Both the position numbers and the translations under genes were made by a program. 64,000 bases of DNA, from NCBI GenBank assembly GCA_963718235.1, contig CAVQYR010000001.1:576001-640000 (forward strand), written 5' to 3'. Every line of letters starts with the position of its first letter. Position 1 is the first letter of the stretch. The notes under the pieces were generated by a model. The model was not told where the DNA came from, did not search any database, and saw only the letters and a list, made by a program, of their open reading frames with translations. This document shows, piece after piece, positions 19,060 to 28,992 of this stretch. The DNA comes from an uncultured Actinomycetota bacterium (lineage in GTDB: Bacteria; Actinomycetota; Actinomycetes; JAHEKZ01).

Positions 19060-20601
19060 GTGAGTACCAACCTCGCCGACTACCTGCGCCGGGCCTCTGC
19101 AGCGCGGGGCTCGCACCCGGCGCTGGTCGTCGGCGCGACCCGGCTGACCTGGCGTGAGCTGGACGACGCCGTCGACGCTGCTGCGTCCGGAATGCGGGCA
19201 TCAGGTCTGGACCCCGGGGACCGGGTCGGGCTCGTGCTGGGCAACCGCCCGGAGTTCGTCATCGCCTACTTCGCCGCGCTGCGGGCCGGCCTGGTCGCCG
19301 TCCCCCTCAACCCCGGCTTCACCGCGAGCGAGATCGCCACCTGCCTGGGCCACGCGGGCGTACGGATGGTGGTCGCCGACGGCGACAGCGTCGACGCCGT
19401 CCGCTCGGCCGGGCTGCCCGAGGCGGTGATCGTCGTCGCCGGGCGGCAGCGGACCGCCGAGGGTCCGTCCGAGGGTGGCATCCGCCGGTTCGACGACCTG
19501 CTCGCGGCGGGGCGGGCCACCGGAGTCCGGTCAGCGGACCCAGCGGTCGTCGGCGAACGGCTCGCGGTGATCCTGTACACCTCCGGTACCTCGGGGGAGC
19601 CGCGCGGGGCGATGCTCACCCACGATGCGCTCGCGGCCAGCATCGAGCAGGTGGCCGCCGTACAGGTCGACGGTCAGTCGTTGATGACCCCCGAGGACGT
19701 CGTGCTCGTCGTGCTGCCGCTGGCCCACGTGTACTCGCTGAACGGCACGCTCGGGAGCCTGGTCCGCCAGGGTGCCACTGCGGTGCTCGTGGAACGGTTC
19801 GACGCCGACGCGACGCTGCGCCTCGTGCACGAGCACGGGGTCACCCAGATCCCCGGCGCCCCGCCCTTGTGGATGAGCTGGGCGGACCGGGCCGACCTGC
19901 GCGAGCGGCTGGCCGGAGTCCGGGTGCTGTTCAGCGGCGCCGCCCCGCTGCCGGCCTCGGTGCTCGAGCAGATCACCACGACGACCGGGCTGCCCGTCTA
20001 CGAGGGGTACGGCCTGACCGAGGCCGCGCCGGGCGTGACCTCGACCTTCGTGTCCGGGCAGCCCAAGGCTGGGTCGGTCGGGCAGCCGTTCCCGGGGGTC
20101 GAGGTCCGGTTGGTCGACGACAACGGGGGCCTGGCCCTGCCCGGCGACCCGGGCGAGATCTGGATCCGTGGGGCGAACCTGTTCTCGGGTTACTGGCCCG
20201 ACGGTTCCGACGGTCCGGACCCCGACGGCTGGTACGCCACCGGAGACGTCGCCTACGCCGACCCAGACGGCGACCTTCATCTGGTCGACCGGCGCAAGGA
20301 CCTCGTCATCGTCAGCGGGTTCAACGTGTACCCCCGCGAGATCGAGGACGTGCTGCAGCAGCACCCCGACGTCGCCGAGGCCGCGGTGGTCGGGGTTCCC
20401 CATCCGCAGACCGGTGAGGCCGTCAAGGCCTACGTCGTCGCCCGAGCCGGGGCGACACTGACGCCGGAGTCGGTCCAGGCGCACTGCGACTCGCGCCTGG
20501 CCAGGTTCAAACGGCCGACGATCGTGGTGGTGGTCGACGAGCTCCCGCACTCGGTCACCGGCAAGGTGGCCAAGCGACGGCTGCGGGACGAGGGGCTATG
20601 A
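19060..20601 (+). CDS. Long-chain fatty acid--CoA ligase family AMP-binding protein
   Basis: YTSGTSGEPRG, EGYGLTEA, ATGDVA, DRRKDLVIVSGFNVYPREIE, TGKV. Confidence 0.93.
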   Translation: MSTNLADYLRRASAARGSHPALVVGATRLTWRELDDAVDAAASGMRASGLDPGDRVGLVLGNRPEFVIAYFAALRAGLVAVPLNPGFTASEIATCLGHAGVRMVVADGDSVDAVRSAGLPEAVIVVAGRQRTAEGPSEGGIRRFDDLLAAGRATGVRSADPAVVGERLAVILYTSGTSGEPRGAMLTHDALAASIEQVAAVQVDGQSLMTPEDVVLVVLPLAHVYSLNGTLGSLVRQGATAVLVERFDADATLRLVHEHGVTQIPGAPPLWMSWADRADLRERLAGVRVLFSGAAPLPASVLEQITTTTGLPVYEGYGLTEAAPGVTSTFVSGQPKAGSVGQPFPGVEVRLVDDNGGLALPGDPGEIWIRGANLFSGYWPDGSDGPDPDGWYATGDVAYADPDGDLHLVDRRKDLVIVSGFNVYPREIEDVLQQHPDVAEAAVVGVPHPQTGEAVKAYVVARAGATLTPESVQAHCDSRLARFKRPTIVVVVDELPHSVTGKVAKRRLRDEGL

Positions 20602-20840
20602 CCGACCACCGGATCACGCTTCTGGGCAAGCCTGGCTGTCATCTGTGCGATGACGCCCGGCTGGTCGTGACGCGGGTCGCCGACGAGCTCGGTGTGCCCT
20701 GGGACGACGTCGACATCACCAGCGACCCGGAGCTGCAGGCCCGGTGGTGGGAGCAGATCCCGGTCACGCTGATCGACGGCGTGCAGCACGACTTCTGGCG
20801 TGTCGACGAGCAGCGGCTGCGCGCAGCGCTGGCACGCTAG
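20598..20840 (+). CDS. Glutaredoxin-like protein (DUF836 type)
   Basis: KPGCHLCDDA, EQIPVTLIDG; conserved upstream of rex. Confidence 0.9.
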   Translation: MTDHRITLLGKPGCHLCDDARLVVTRVADELGVPWDDVDITSDPELQARWWEQIPVTLIDGVQHDFWRVDEQRLRAALAR

Positions 20841-20903
20841 GACCTCAGACGAGCACGTGCCCACGGCGCACACAGGCGTGCAGGACGAGGCGGAGGTCGG
20901 GGC

Positions 20904-21273
20904 ATGGGGTTCGGTGAAGCGGTCAGGTCGGGGTTCGCCAAGTACGCGACGTTCTCCGGTCGCGCCTCCCGGTCCGAGTACTGGTGGTGGTGGCTGTTCT
21001 CCGTGCTGGTGGTCGGCGCCGCCGTGGTCCTCATCGTGCTGGGCCGCAGCTCCGACGGCACCTCGGCGATCGGTGCCGTCGGTTGGGTCCTGTACGTCGT
21101 GGCGGTGATCGGCCTGATCGTGCCCTCGTTGGCGGTCCTCGTCCGTCGGTTGCACGACACGGGTCGTTCCGGTTGGTGGTACTTCATCAGCTCTCGTGCC
21201 CTGCATCGGGGGCATCTGGCTGCTCGTGCTGCTCGTGGGCGAGGGAACGGCGGGTCAGAACCAGTACGGGTGA
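20904..21273 (+). pseudogene. DUF805 family membrane protein with +1 frameshift (pseudogene or sequencing error)
   Basis: FSGRASRSEYWW..VRRLHDTGRSGWW; removing one base near 21192 gives ...SLVPCIGGIWLLVLLVGEGTAGQNQYG* ending at TGA 21271-21273. Confidence 0.8.
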
Positions 21274-21347
21274 CCCCGTGGGCCTGCGAGGCGCTCCCTT
21301 GAGCAGGTCCGGACATCGCGGCTGGTGGACGCCGCCCACGCGCGACT

Positions 21348-21365
21348 TTGTGCCTGCGTTCACAA
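21348..21365 (+). promoter_or_regulatory. Rex operator (ROP) upstream of rex-hem operon
   Basis: TTGTGCCTGCGTTCACAA vs consensus TTGTGAA-N4-TTCACAA; TACCCT -10-like hexamer at 21371-21376. Confidence 0.88.
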
Positions 21366-21502
21366 GCGCCTACCCTGGGCGCGCAGCCCGTTCCCCGACC
21401 GTCAGGTGCCACTCCGGTGGCCCCCCGGCAACAGGGGCCGGGCAAGCGCCGTAGCCCGCTCCCGGGGTCACCAGCCCCGGGGGCTGTCCCCAGGAGACGC
21501 AC

Positions 21503-22189
21503 GTGGCCCTCACCGCAGGCGACCGCCGCGGGCGCACCGGTGTCCCGGACGCCACCATCGCGCGGCTGCCGGTGTACCACCGGGTCCTGACCGGGCTGGC
21601 CGAGCGCGGCGTCGCCACCGTCTCCTCCGAGGAGCTGGCCGAGGCGGCGGGGGTCAACTCGGCCAAGCTGCGCAAGGACCTCAGCCTGCTTCGCACGCAC
21701 GGCACCCGCGGCGTCGGCTACGACGTCGGTCACCTGCTGGCCCAGATCGGTCGTGAGCTGGGGCTCAGCCAGGAGTGGCCGGTCGTCATCGTCGGCGTGG
21801 GCAACCTGGGTCACGCCCTGGCCAACTACGGTGGCTTCGCGCGTCGTGGGTTCCGGCTGGTGGGACTGCTCGACGCGGACCCGGCGCGCTACGGCGAGCT
21901 CGTGGCCGGGGTGACGGTTCGGCCGGTCACCGACCTTGCGGCGTTGGCGCACACCGAGCGGGTCGCGATCGGCGTCGTCGCCACTCCCGCTGTGGCCGCC
22001 CAGCAGGTCTGCGACGTCCTGGTGGCAGCGGGCGTGCGCAGCATCCTGAACTTCGCCCCCGCCGTGCTGTCGGTCCCCGACGGGGTCGACGTGCGTCAGG
22101 TCGACCTCGCCAGCGAGCTGCAGATCCTGGCGTACCACGAGCAGCGCAAGGCAGCGGCAGGCATCGTCGGGGCAGGGGTCAGCGCATGA
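21503..22189 (+). CDS. rex: Redox-sensing transcriptional repressor Rex
   Basis: ATIARLPVYHR, SSEELA, KLRKDLS, GTRGVGYDV, VGVGNLGHAL, ILNFAP. Confidence 0.97.
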   Translation: MALTAGDRRGRTGVPDATIARLPVYHRVLTGLAERGVATVSSEELAEAAGVNSAKLRKDLSLLRTHGTRGVGYDVGHLLAQIGRELGLSQEWPVVIVGVGNLGHALANYGGFARRGFRLVGLLDADPARYGELVAGVTVRPVTDLAALAHTERVAIGVVATPAVAAQQVCDVLVAAGVRSILNFAPAVLSVPDGVDVRQVDLASELQILAYHEQRKAAAGIVGAGVSA

Positions 22190-23490
22190 GCCTCCTGGTG
22201 GTCGGGGTCTCGCACCGGACGGCGCCGGTCCCCGTGCTCGAGCGGGTGGCCCTCAGCGGAGACTCGCTCGACAAGCTGCTGCTCGACGTCGCGGGCTCGC
22301 CTGCTGTGGCTGAGGCGCTGGTGGTCTCCACCTGCAACCGGGTCGAGGTCTACGTCGAGGCCTCGAAGTTCCACCCGGCCGTCGACGCCGTCACCGACCA
22401 GCTGCTGCGTCACACCGGGGTGGCCGCCGACCAGCTCAAGGCCCATCTCTACGTGCACTACGAGGACCGTGCGGTCGCCCACCTGTTCGCGGTGACGGCC
22501 GGTCTCGACTCGATGGTGGTGGGCGAGGCTCAGATCCTCGGCCAGGTGCGCTCGGCACTGGGCACTGCCCAGCAGCGGGGCACAGCCGGCCGGGTGCTCA
22601 ACGACCTGGTCCAGAACGCGCTGCGGGTCGGCAAACGCGCCCACACCGAGACAGGAATCGACTCCGCCGGTGCCTCGCTCGTCGGCGTTGCCCTGCAGCT
22701 GGCCGACCATTCGCTGCAGGGGCTCGCCGGACGCCGTGGGCTGGTCGTGGGTGCCGGGGCGATGGCCTCGCTGGCCGCCACGTCACTGCACCGGGCCGGC
22801 GTCGAGGTCACGGTCGCGAACCGAACACCGGAGCGGGCGCAGCGGCTGGCCGACTCCCTGGGCGGTAGCACCGTCCCGCTCGACGACCTCGCCGGTGCGC
22901 TGCAGACGGTCGACCTGGCGGTGGCCTGCACCGGTTCTCTGGGGCACGTCCTCGGCCAGGCGCAGGTCGATTCGGCCCAGCAGGCGCGTCACTTCGAGTC
23001 GCTGGTGCTGCTCGACCTCGCGCTGCCCCGTGACATCGACCCTGGCGTGCTGGGCATCCATGGCGTGACCCTGATCGACCTCGAGGACCTCGGTGACCTG
23101 CTCAGGGATGCCTCCTACGAGCACGACGTCGAGGGTGTGCGCCGGATCGTCGCGCACGAGGTCGAGGGCTACCTCGACGCACGCCACTCGGATCGGGTCA
23201 CACCGACCGTCGTCGCGCTGCGCAGTCGTGCGTCGCAGATCGTCGAGGCCGAGCTGGCCCGGTTCGACACCCGTCAGGTCGACCTCGACGGCACTGCGCG
23301 CACCGACGTCGAGCAGCTGGTCAACCGGGTCGTCGACAAGCTGCTGCACGCGCCCACGGTGCGGGTGCGCGAACTCGCCGGCGAGCCCGACGGCGACGCC
23401 TACGCCGACGCGCTGCACCGGCTGTTCGACCTCGACCCCCGCGTGGTCGAGGCTGTGGCGACCCCTGACCCCGACGAGGGGGTTCGATGA
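22186..23490 (+). CDS. hemA: Glutamyl-tRNA reductase
   Basis: SHRTAPV, STCNRVE, GLDSMVVGEAQILGQV, GAGAMA, DLALPRDID. Confidence 0.97.
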   Translation: MSLLVVGVSHRTAPVPVLERVALSGDSLDKLLLDVAGSPAVAEALVVSTCNRVEVYVEASKFHPAVDAVTDQLLRHTGVAADQLKAHLYVHYEDRAVAHLFAVTAGLDSMVVGEAQILGQVRSALGTAQQRGTAGRVLNDLVQNALRVGKRAHTETGIDSAGASLVGVALQLADHSLQGLAGRRGLVVGAGAMASLAATSLHRAGVEVTVANRTPERAQRLADSLGGSTVPLDDLAGALQTVDLAVACTGSLGHVLGQAQVDSAQQARHFESLVLLDLALPRDIDPGVLGIHGVTLIDLEDLGDLLRDASYEHDVEGVRRIVAHEVEGYLDARHSDRVTPTVVALRSRASQIVEAELARFDTRQVDLDGTARTDVEQLVNRVVDKLLHAPTVRVRELAGEPDGDAYADALHRLFDLDPRVVEAVATPDPDEGVR

Positions 23491-24422
23491 GTACGCCGAT
23501 CCGGCTCGGGACCCGGCGCAGCGCCCTGGCGGCCGTCCAGTCGCAGCTGGTCGCCGACGCCCTCACCGCGGTGACCGCAAGGCCGGTCGAGCTGGTGTTC
23601 GTGACGACCTCGGGTGACAAGAGCACGGCCCCGCTGACCCAGATCGGCGGCACCGGGGTGTTCGTCGGGGCCCTGCGCGACGCCTTGCTGCGCGGTGAGG
23701 TCGACCTCGCCGTGCACTCGCTGAAGGACCTCCCCACGACACCGGCCGCGGGGCTACGCGTTGCGGCAGTCCCCGTGCGCGAGGACCCACGAGACGCCCT
23801 GGTCGCCCATGACCGGCTGGCCCTCGCCTCGCTCCCACCCGAGGCCAGGGTCGGCACCGGGTCGCCCCGACGGGCAGCCCAGCTGGCAGCGGCCCGCCCG
23901 GACCTCCAGGTGGTCGACGTCCGCGGCAACGTCGACACGAGGCTCGGTCTCGTCGGCGACGGCACGCTGGACGCCGTCGTGCTCGCCCTCGCCGGACTCC
24001 GGCGACTCGGTCGCGAGGACGCGGTGACCGAGGTGATCGAGCCCGACGTCATGCTCCCGGCACCGGGCCAGGGAGCCCTGGCCGTCGAGACGACCGACTC
24101 GGTCGACCCGGCCCTCCTGACTGCGCTGCTCAGACTCGACGACCCCGCCACGCGCGCGGCCGTCACTGCGGAGCGCGCCGTGCTGTCCGCCCTCGAGGCG
24201 GGCTGCTCGGCACCCGTCGGCGCCCTCGCGGTCGTCGACGAACCGGGGTTCCACACCCCGGAACTCACCCTGCAGGCGTTCGTCGGCTCCACCGACGGCC
24301 ACACCCAGCAACGCCTGTCCATCACGGCACCACTCGCCGACGCCGAAGCAGCGGGCCGCCAGCTCGCCGCCAGGCTGCTCGACGCAGGGGCTGCCGCCTT
24401 TCTAGGGGAACCTGCCCTGTGA
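23487..24422 (+). CDS. hemC: Hydroxymethylbilane synthase
   Basis: GTRRSALA, AVHSLKDLP, GTGSPRR, RGNVDTRL, PAPGQGAL, LEAGCSAP. Confidence 0.97.
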   Translation: MSTPIRLGTRRSALAAVQSQLVADALTAVTARPVELVFVTTSGDKSTAPLTQIGGTGVFVGALRDALLRGEVDLAVHSLKDLPTTPAAGLRVAAVPVREDPRDALVAHDRLALASLPPEARVGTGSPRRAAQLAAARPDLQVVDVRGNVDTRLGLVGDGTLDAVVLALAGLRRLGREDAVTEVIEPDVMLPAPGQGALAVETTDSVDPALLTALLRLDDPATRAAVTAERAVLSALEAGCSAPVGALAVVDEPGFHTPELTLQAFVGSTDGHTQQRLSITAPLADAEAAGRQLAARLLDAGAAAFLGEPAL

Positions 24423-26029
24423 GCATCAAGAACACGAAGAAGAAGCCGCTCGGAACCGTCGCCTTCGTCGGTGCCGGGCCGGGCGACCCCGAGCTGCTGG
24501 CCGTCCGCGCGGTGCAGCTGCTGCGCGAGGCCGACGTGGTCGTCGTCGACCGTGACGCGTCCCGTGCCGCCGTCCAGGCGTATGCCGCGCCTGACGTCGA
24601 GGTGGTCGACGCGTCGTGCGGTGAGGACGGTCAGCCGTTGACCCAGGCGGCGCGGGCCAAGCTCGTGGTCGCTGCGGCGAAGCGTGTGGCGCACGTGGTG
24701 CGGCTGATGGACGGCGACCCGATCCTCTTCCACGGTTTCGCCGACGAGGCCCTCGCGTGCGAGAAGGCCGGTGTGGGCTTCGAGGTCGTGCCTGGGGCGT
24801 CGTCGGTCTCCGCGGTGCCGGCGTTCGCCGGGGTGCCGCTCACCACCGGCAAGTCGCGAGCCGTGCACATCGTCACCACGTCGGACAGCCACCCCCACTG
24901 GAGCGACCACGTCGCACCGACGACCACGGTGGTCGTCCTGGGCGGGGTCGAGCGGATCGCCGACGCTGCCGCTGGTCTGCAGGGGGCCGGCCGCGCTGCC
25001 GACACCCCCGTGGCGGTCACCTCGCACGGTTCGACCACGGCCCAGCGAACGGTCGTTTCGACGCTGGCCGACGTGGCGCGCGACGTGAAGACCGCCGCGT
25101 TGGACCAGCCGGTGCTCATGGTCGTGGGTGAGGGAGTCGGGCTGCGCGACCGGCTGTCGTGGTTCGAGAGCAAGCCGCTGTTCGGCTGGCGGGTGCTCGT
25201 GCCCCGAACCAAGGAGCAGGCGGGTTCGCTCAGCGAGCAGCTGCGCCGCTACGGCGCCGTGCCTGACGAGGTGCCGACGATCTCGGTCGAGCCACCGCGC
25301 ACGCCGCAGCAGATGGACCGCGCTCTGCACGGCCTCGTGTCGGGTCGGTTCCAGTGGATCGCGTTCACGTCCACCAACGCGGTCCGCGCCATCCGCGAGA
25401 AGTTCGAGGAGTACGGCCTCGATGCCCGGGCGTTCGCCGGGATCAAGGTGGCTGCAGTGGGCGAGCAGACCGCCGCCGCGCTGCAGGCCTTCGGGGTCAA
25501 GCCCGACCTGGTGCCCAGCGAGGAGCAGTCGGCTGCGGGGCTCCTGGCCGACTGGCCGGCCTACGACGACCTGTACGACCCGATCAACCGGGTGTTCCTG
25601 CCGCGGGCTGACATCGCGACGGAGACCCTCGTGGCCGGACTGGTCGAGCTGGGCTGGGAGGTCGAGGACGTCACCGCCTACCGCACCGTGCGAGCGGCGC
25701 CGCCGCCGGTGCAGACCCGTGAGGCGATCAAGTCGGGTGGTTTTGACGCCGTGCTGTTCACGTCGTCCTCGACCGTGCGCAACCTGATCGGTATCGCCGG
25801 CAAGCCGCACGCGTCCACGGTGGTCGCGGTGATCGGTCCGCAGACCGCCAAGACTGCCGAGGAGCACGGGCTGCGGGTCGATGTGCTCGCCGCGACCCCG
25901 TCGGTGTCGGTGCTCGCCGAGGCGCTGGCCGAGTTCGGCGCCTCGCAGCGGCTGGCCGCACTGGCCAACGGCGAGTCGGTCTGGCGGCCGTCCTTGCGCA
26001 AGCCGGCCACGCGGCGGAAGGCGAAGTAG
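24419..26029 (+). CDS. hemD: Bifunctional uroporphyrinogen-III C-methyltransferase / uroporphyrinogen-III synthase
   Basis: VGAGPGDPELL, RLMDGDP, then WFESKPLFGWRVLVPR, FTSTNAV, AYRT, FTSSSTV. Confidence 0.93.
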   Translation: MSIKNTKKKPLGTVAFVGAGPGDPELLAVRAVQLLREADVVVVDRDASRAAVQAYAAPDVEVVDASCGEDGQPLTQAARAKLVVAAAKRVAHVVRLMDGDPILFHGFADEALACEKAGVGFEVVPGASSVSAVPAFAGVPLTTGKSRAVHIVTTSDSHPHWSDHVAPTTTVVVLGGVERIADAAAGLQGAGRAADTPVAVTSHGSTTAQRTVVSTLADVARDVKTAALDQPVLMVVGEGVGLRDRLSWFESKPLFGWRVLVPRTKEQAGSLSEQLRRYGAVPDEVPTISVEPPRTPQQMDRALHGLVSGRFQWIAFTSTNAVRAIREKFEEYGLDARAFAGIKVAAVGEQTAAALQAFGVKPDLVPSEEQSAAGLLADWPAYDDLYDPINRVFLPRADIATETLVAGLVELGWEVEDVTAYRTVRAAPPPVQTREAIKSGGFDAVLFTSSSTVRNLIGIAGKPHASTVVAVIGPQTAKTAEEHGLRVDVLAATPSVSVLAEALAEFGASQRLAALANGESVWRPSLRKPATRRKAK

Positions 26030-26032
26030 GCC

Positions 26033-27025
26033 GTGTCCTTCCCGGTCGATCGGCCGCGGCGGTTGCGGCGGTCGCCCGCGATGAGGCGGCTGCTGGCCGA
26101 GACCACGGTCTCACCGGGCCAGCTCGTGCTGCCCGTGTTCGTCAAGGAGGGCTTGTCCGAGCCGGTGCCGGTGGCGTCGATGCCGGGTGTCGTCCAGCAC
26201 TCGATGGACTCCCTGCGCCTGGCCGTCGAAGGCGCGGCGAAGGCCGGGGTCGGCGGAGTCATGCTGTTCGGGATCCCCGCGACCAAGGACGCCTTGGGTT
26301 CCGGTGCGGATGCCGATCACGGAGTGGTGCAGCAGGCGCTGCGGTTGCTGCACGCCGACGTCGGCGACGAGCTGGTGCTCATGGCCGACCTGTGCCTGTG
26401 CGAGTACACCGACCACGGTCACTGCGGCCCGCTCACGTCGTCCGGCTCAGACGCGACGGTCGACAACGACGCCACGTTGGAGCGGTATGCGTCGGTCGCG
26501 GTGTCTCAGGCGCGAGCGGGGGCGGAGGTGATTGCGCCGAGCGGCATGATGGATGGCCAGGTCGCCGCGATCAGGGCCGGGCTGGACGCCGCGGGCTACG
26601 CCGACACCCCGGTGCTGGCGTACGCAGCCAAGTACGCCTCGGCGTTCTACGGCCCCTTCCGCGACGCGGCCGAGAGCACGCCGTCCTTCGGTGACCGGCG
26701 CAGCTACCAGATGGATCCCCGCAACAGTGACGAGGCGATGCGCGAGGTGTTCGCCGATCTCGAGCAGGGTGCCGACTGGGTGATGGTGAAACCGGCCGGG
26801 CCGTACCTCGACGTGATCGCCCGGGTGGCCGACGCGGTCGACGTCCCGGTGGCGGCCTACCAGGTGTCGGGGGAGTACGCGATGGTCGAGGCGGCGGCCG
26901 CCAACGGCTGGATCGACCGCGAGCGTGCGATCGAGGAGTCGCTGGTGGCGATCCGTCGCGCTGGCGCCCAGCAGATCATCACCTACTGGGCGGTGGACGC
27001 TGCTACGGCGATGAGCCGCCGTTGA
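26033..27025 (+). CDS. hemB: Porphobilinogen synthase (Zn-type)
   Basis: DLCLCEYTDHGHCG, APSGMMDG, AKYASAFYGPFR, MVKPA, AYQVSGEY. Confidence 0.97.
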   Translation: MSFPVDRPRRLRRSPAMRRLLAETTVSPGQLVLPVFVKEGLSEPVPVASMPGVVQHSMDSLRLAVEGAAKAGVGGVMLFGIPATKDALGSGADADHGVVQQALRLLHADVGDELVLMADLCLCEYTDHGHCGPLTSSGSDATVDNDATLERYASVAVSQARAGAEVIAPSGMMDGQVAAIRAGLDAAGYADTPVLAYAAKYASAFYGPFRDAAESTPSFGDRRSYQMDPRNSDEAMREVFADLEQGADWVMVKPAGPYLDVIARVADAVDVPVAAYQVSGEYAMVEAAAANGWIDRERAIEESLVAIRRAGAQQIITYWAVDAATAMSRR

Positions 27026-27060
27026 GTTGCCGGAGCCGGACTTCGGCGTTCTGGGCGGCG

Positions 27061-27078
27061 GTATCACTGTGATACTAT
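27061..27078 (+). promoter_or_regulatory. TA operator palindrome overlapping -10 of leaderless antitoxin
   Basis: GTATCAC-T-GTGATAC (27061-27075); TACTAT (27073-27078) lies 6 nt before ATG 27085. Confidence 0.75.
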
Positions 27079-27084
27079 ACCGTC

Positions 27085-27291
27085 ATGGCCCTCACCCTAC
27101 GAACCGATGCTGAGCTCGAGGCCGCTCTGACCGCCCTCGCCGAGGCGGAGGGCGCCTCGCGGCAGGAGGTCATCCGACGGGCCGTGCTCGACCGGCTCGA
27201 GCGGACCGTTCATGCTGCCCGGGTCGACGAGTCAGGACGACGGATGACGCAGCGATGGGGCGACGTGCTCGACCGCCTCGGCACGGTTTGA
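27085..27291 (+). CDS. Ribbon-helix-helix (CopG-like) antitoxin
   Basis: MALTLRTD..EAALTALAEAEGASRQEVIRRAVLD; directly upstream of Doc toxin. Confidence 0.85.
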   Translation: MALTLRTDAELEAALTALAEAEGASRQEVIRRAVLDRLERTVHAARVDESGRRMTQRWGDVLDRLGTV

Positions 27292-27295
27292 GCGC

Positions 27296-27664
27296 GTGGA
27301 GTACCTCGATCTGGAGGATCTGCTCGGGCTGGTCCGCCGGCTGGCGACTGGGCCGGTCCGAGACGTGGGACTGCTCGATTCGGCGGCCCAACGCCCACGT
27401 TCGAGTGCCTTCGGTGAGGACGCCTACCCGACCCTGGAGCAGAAGGCGGCGGCGCTGCTGCAGTCGGTCGTCGGCAACCACGCGCTGGTCGACGGCAACA
27501 AGCGACTGGGCTGGCTGGCCACCACGGTGTTCGTGGACATCAACGGCTACGAACCTCGGTTGACCGACGACGAGGCGTTTGTTCTGGTGCTCGAAGTGGC
27601 CGGGGGTTTGACAGACATCCCCGTGATCGCCGAGCGGCTTCGGGCTGGGAGAATCCCCGGGTGA
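27296..27664 (+). CDS. Doc/Fic family toxin
   Basis: [25 protein letters not shown], Fic/Doc motif HALVDGNKR. Confidence 0.92.
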   Translation: MEYLDLEDLLGLVRRLATGPVRDVGLLDSAAQRPRSSAFGEDAYPTLEQKAAALLQSVVGNHALVDGNKRLGWLATTVFVDINGYEPRLTDDEAFVLVLEVAGGLTDIPVIAERLRAGRIPG

Positions 27665-28989
27665 CCCCCCCACTGCCCTACCCGGCCGCGGCGCCGGCGT
27701 CCCAGGCACTGTTCGACCGCGCCCTGGCCGTGACCCCGGGCGGGGTGAACTCTCCCGTGCGGGCTTTCCGCGCCGTCGGTGGCACCCCGCGCTTCATGGC
27801 CCGCGGCGACGGACCGCACCTGTGGGACGCCGACGGCCGCCGGTACGTCGACCTCGTCTGCTCGTGGGGCCCGATGATCCTCGGCCACGCACACCCCGGC
27901 GTGATGGCCGAGGTGCACGAGGCCGTTGCGCACGGGTCGTCGTTCGGTACCCCCAGCGCGGGTGAGGTGCTCCTCGCCGAGGAGATCGTGGCGCGTACCC
28001 CGGTCGACCAGGTCCGGCTGGTGTCCAGCGGCACCGAGGCCACCATGTCGGCCATCCGCCTCGCCCGCGGATTCACCGGTAGGAGCAAGGTGCTCAAGTT
28101 CGCCGGCTGCTACCACGGCCACGTCGACTCGCTGCTCGCCTCTGCCGGGTCGGGGGTCGCGACGTTCGGTCTGCCGGACACGCCCGGTGTGACCGCGGCC
28201 CAGGCGGCGGAGACTCTCGTAGTCCCGTACAACGACCTCGAGGCGGTCCGGTCGGCGTTCGCCGAGCACGGTGACTCGATCGCCTGCGTCATCACCGAGG
28301 CGGCCGCGGCCAACATGGGAGTGGTCCCGCCGGCGGCGGGGTTCAACCAGGCGCTGGCCGACCTGTGTCGGGCGCACGGTGCCTTGTTCATCTCCGACGA
28401 GGTCATGACCGGCTTCCGGGTGAGCCGGTCGGGCTGGTTCGGGCTCGACGGCGTCACGCCCGACCTGATGACCTTCGGCAAGGTGATGGGTGGCGGACTC
28501 CCGGCCGCGGCGTTCGGCGGACGGGTCGAGGTGATGGCCCATCTCGCACCGGCCGGCCCGGTCTACCAAGCGGGAACGCTCGCCGGGAACCCGGTCGCCG
28601 CCGCGAGTGGCCTGGCGACCTTGCGGCTGTGCGACGACGCCGTGTACCAGCACGTCGACGCCACGGCGGCCACAGTGGGTGACCTGGTGTCCTCGGCGCT
28701 CTCGGCCGAAGGCGTCGCGCACCAACTGCAGACCGCGGGGTCGTTGTTCAGCGTCTTCTTCCACGACGGTCCGGTCGCCGACTACGAGACCGCCCGCATG
28801 CAGGACGCCTGGCGCTACAGCGCCTTCTTCCACGCCATGCTCGAGCGCGGCGTCTACCTTCCGCCCTCTGCGTTCGAGGCATGGTTCGTCTCCGCCTCGC
28901 ACGACGACGATGCCGTGGCTGAGATCGCCGGTGCCTTGCCGCACGCGGCCCGCGCGGCAGCCGCGGCCGTTGCTCCCGAGGGGCGATGA
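27661..28989 (+). CDS. hemL: Glutamate-1-semialdehyde 2,1-aminomutase
   Basis: [49 protein letters not shown]. Confidence 0.97.
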   Translation: MTPPLPYPAAAPASQALFDRALAVTPGGVNSPVRAFRAVGGTPRFMARGDGPHLWDADGRRYVDLVCSWGPMILGHAHPGVMAEVHEAVAHGSSFGTPSAGEVLLAEEIVARTPVDQVRLVSSGTEATMSAIRLARGFTGRSKVLKFAGCYHGHVDSLLASAGSGVATFGLPDTPGVTAAQAAETLVVPYNDLEAVRSAFAEHGDSIACVITEAAAANMGVVPPAAGFNQALADLCRAHGALFISDEVMTGFRVSRSGWFGLDGVTPDLMTFGKVMGGGLPAAAFGGRVEVMAHLAPAGPVYQAGTLAGNPVAAASGLATLRLCDDAVYQHVDATAATVGDLVSSALSAEGVAHQLQTAGSLFSVFFHDGPVADYETARMQDAWRYSAFFHAMLERGVYLPPSAFEAWFVSASHDDDAVAEIAGALPHAARAAAAAVAPEGR

Positions 28990-28992
28990 GCG

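Noticed and set aside
23321-25867. 848-aa antisense ORF (and similar long shadow ORFs such as 444..2309, 34419..36806, 61477..63141)
   Set aside because: Low-complexity Arg/Gly/Ala translations opposite well-supported genes; expected in high-GC DNA.
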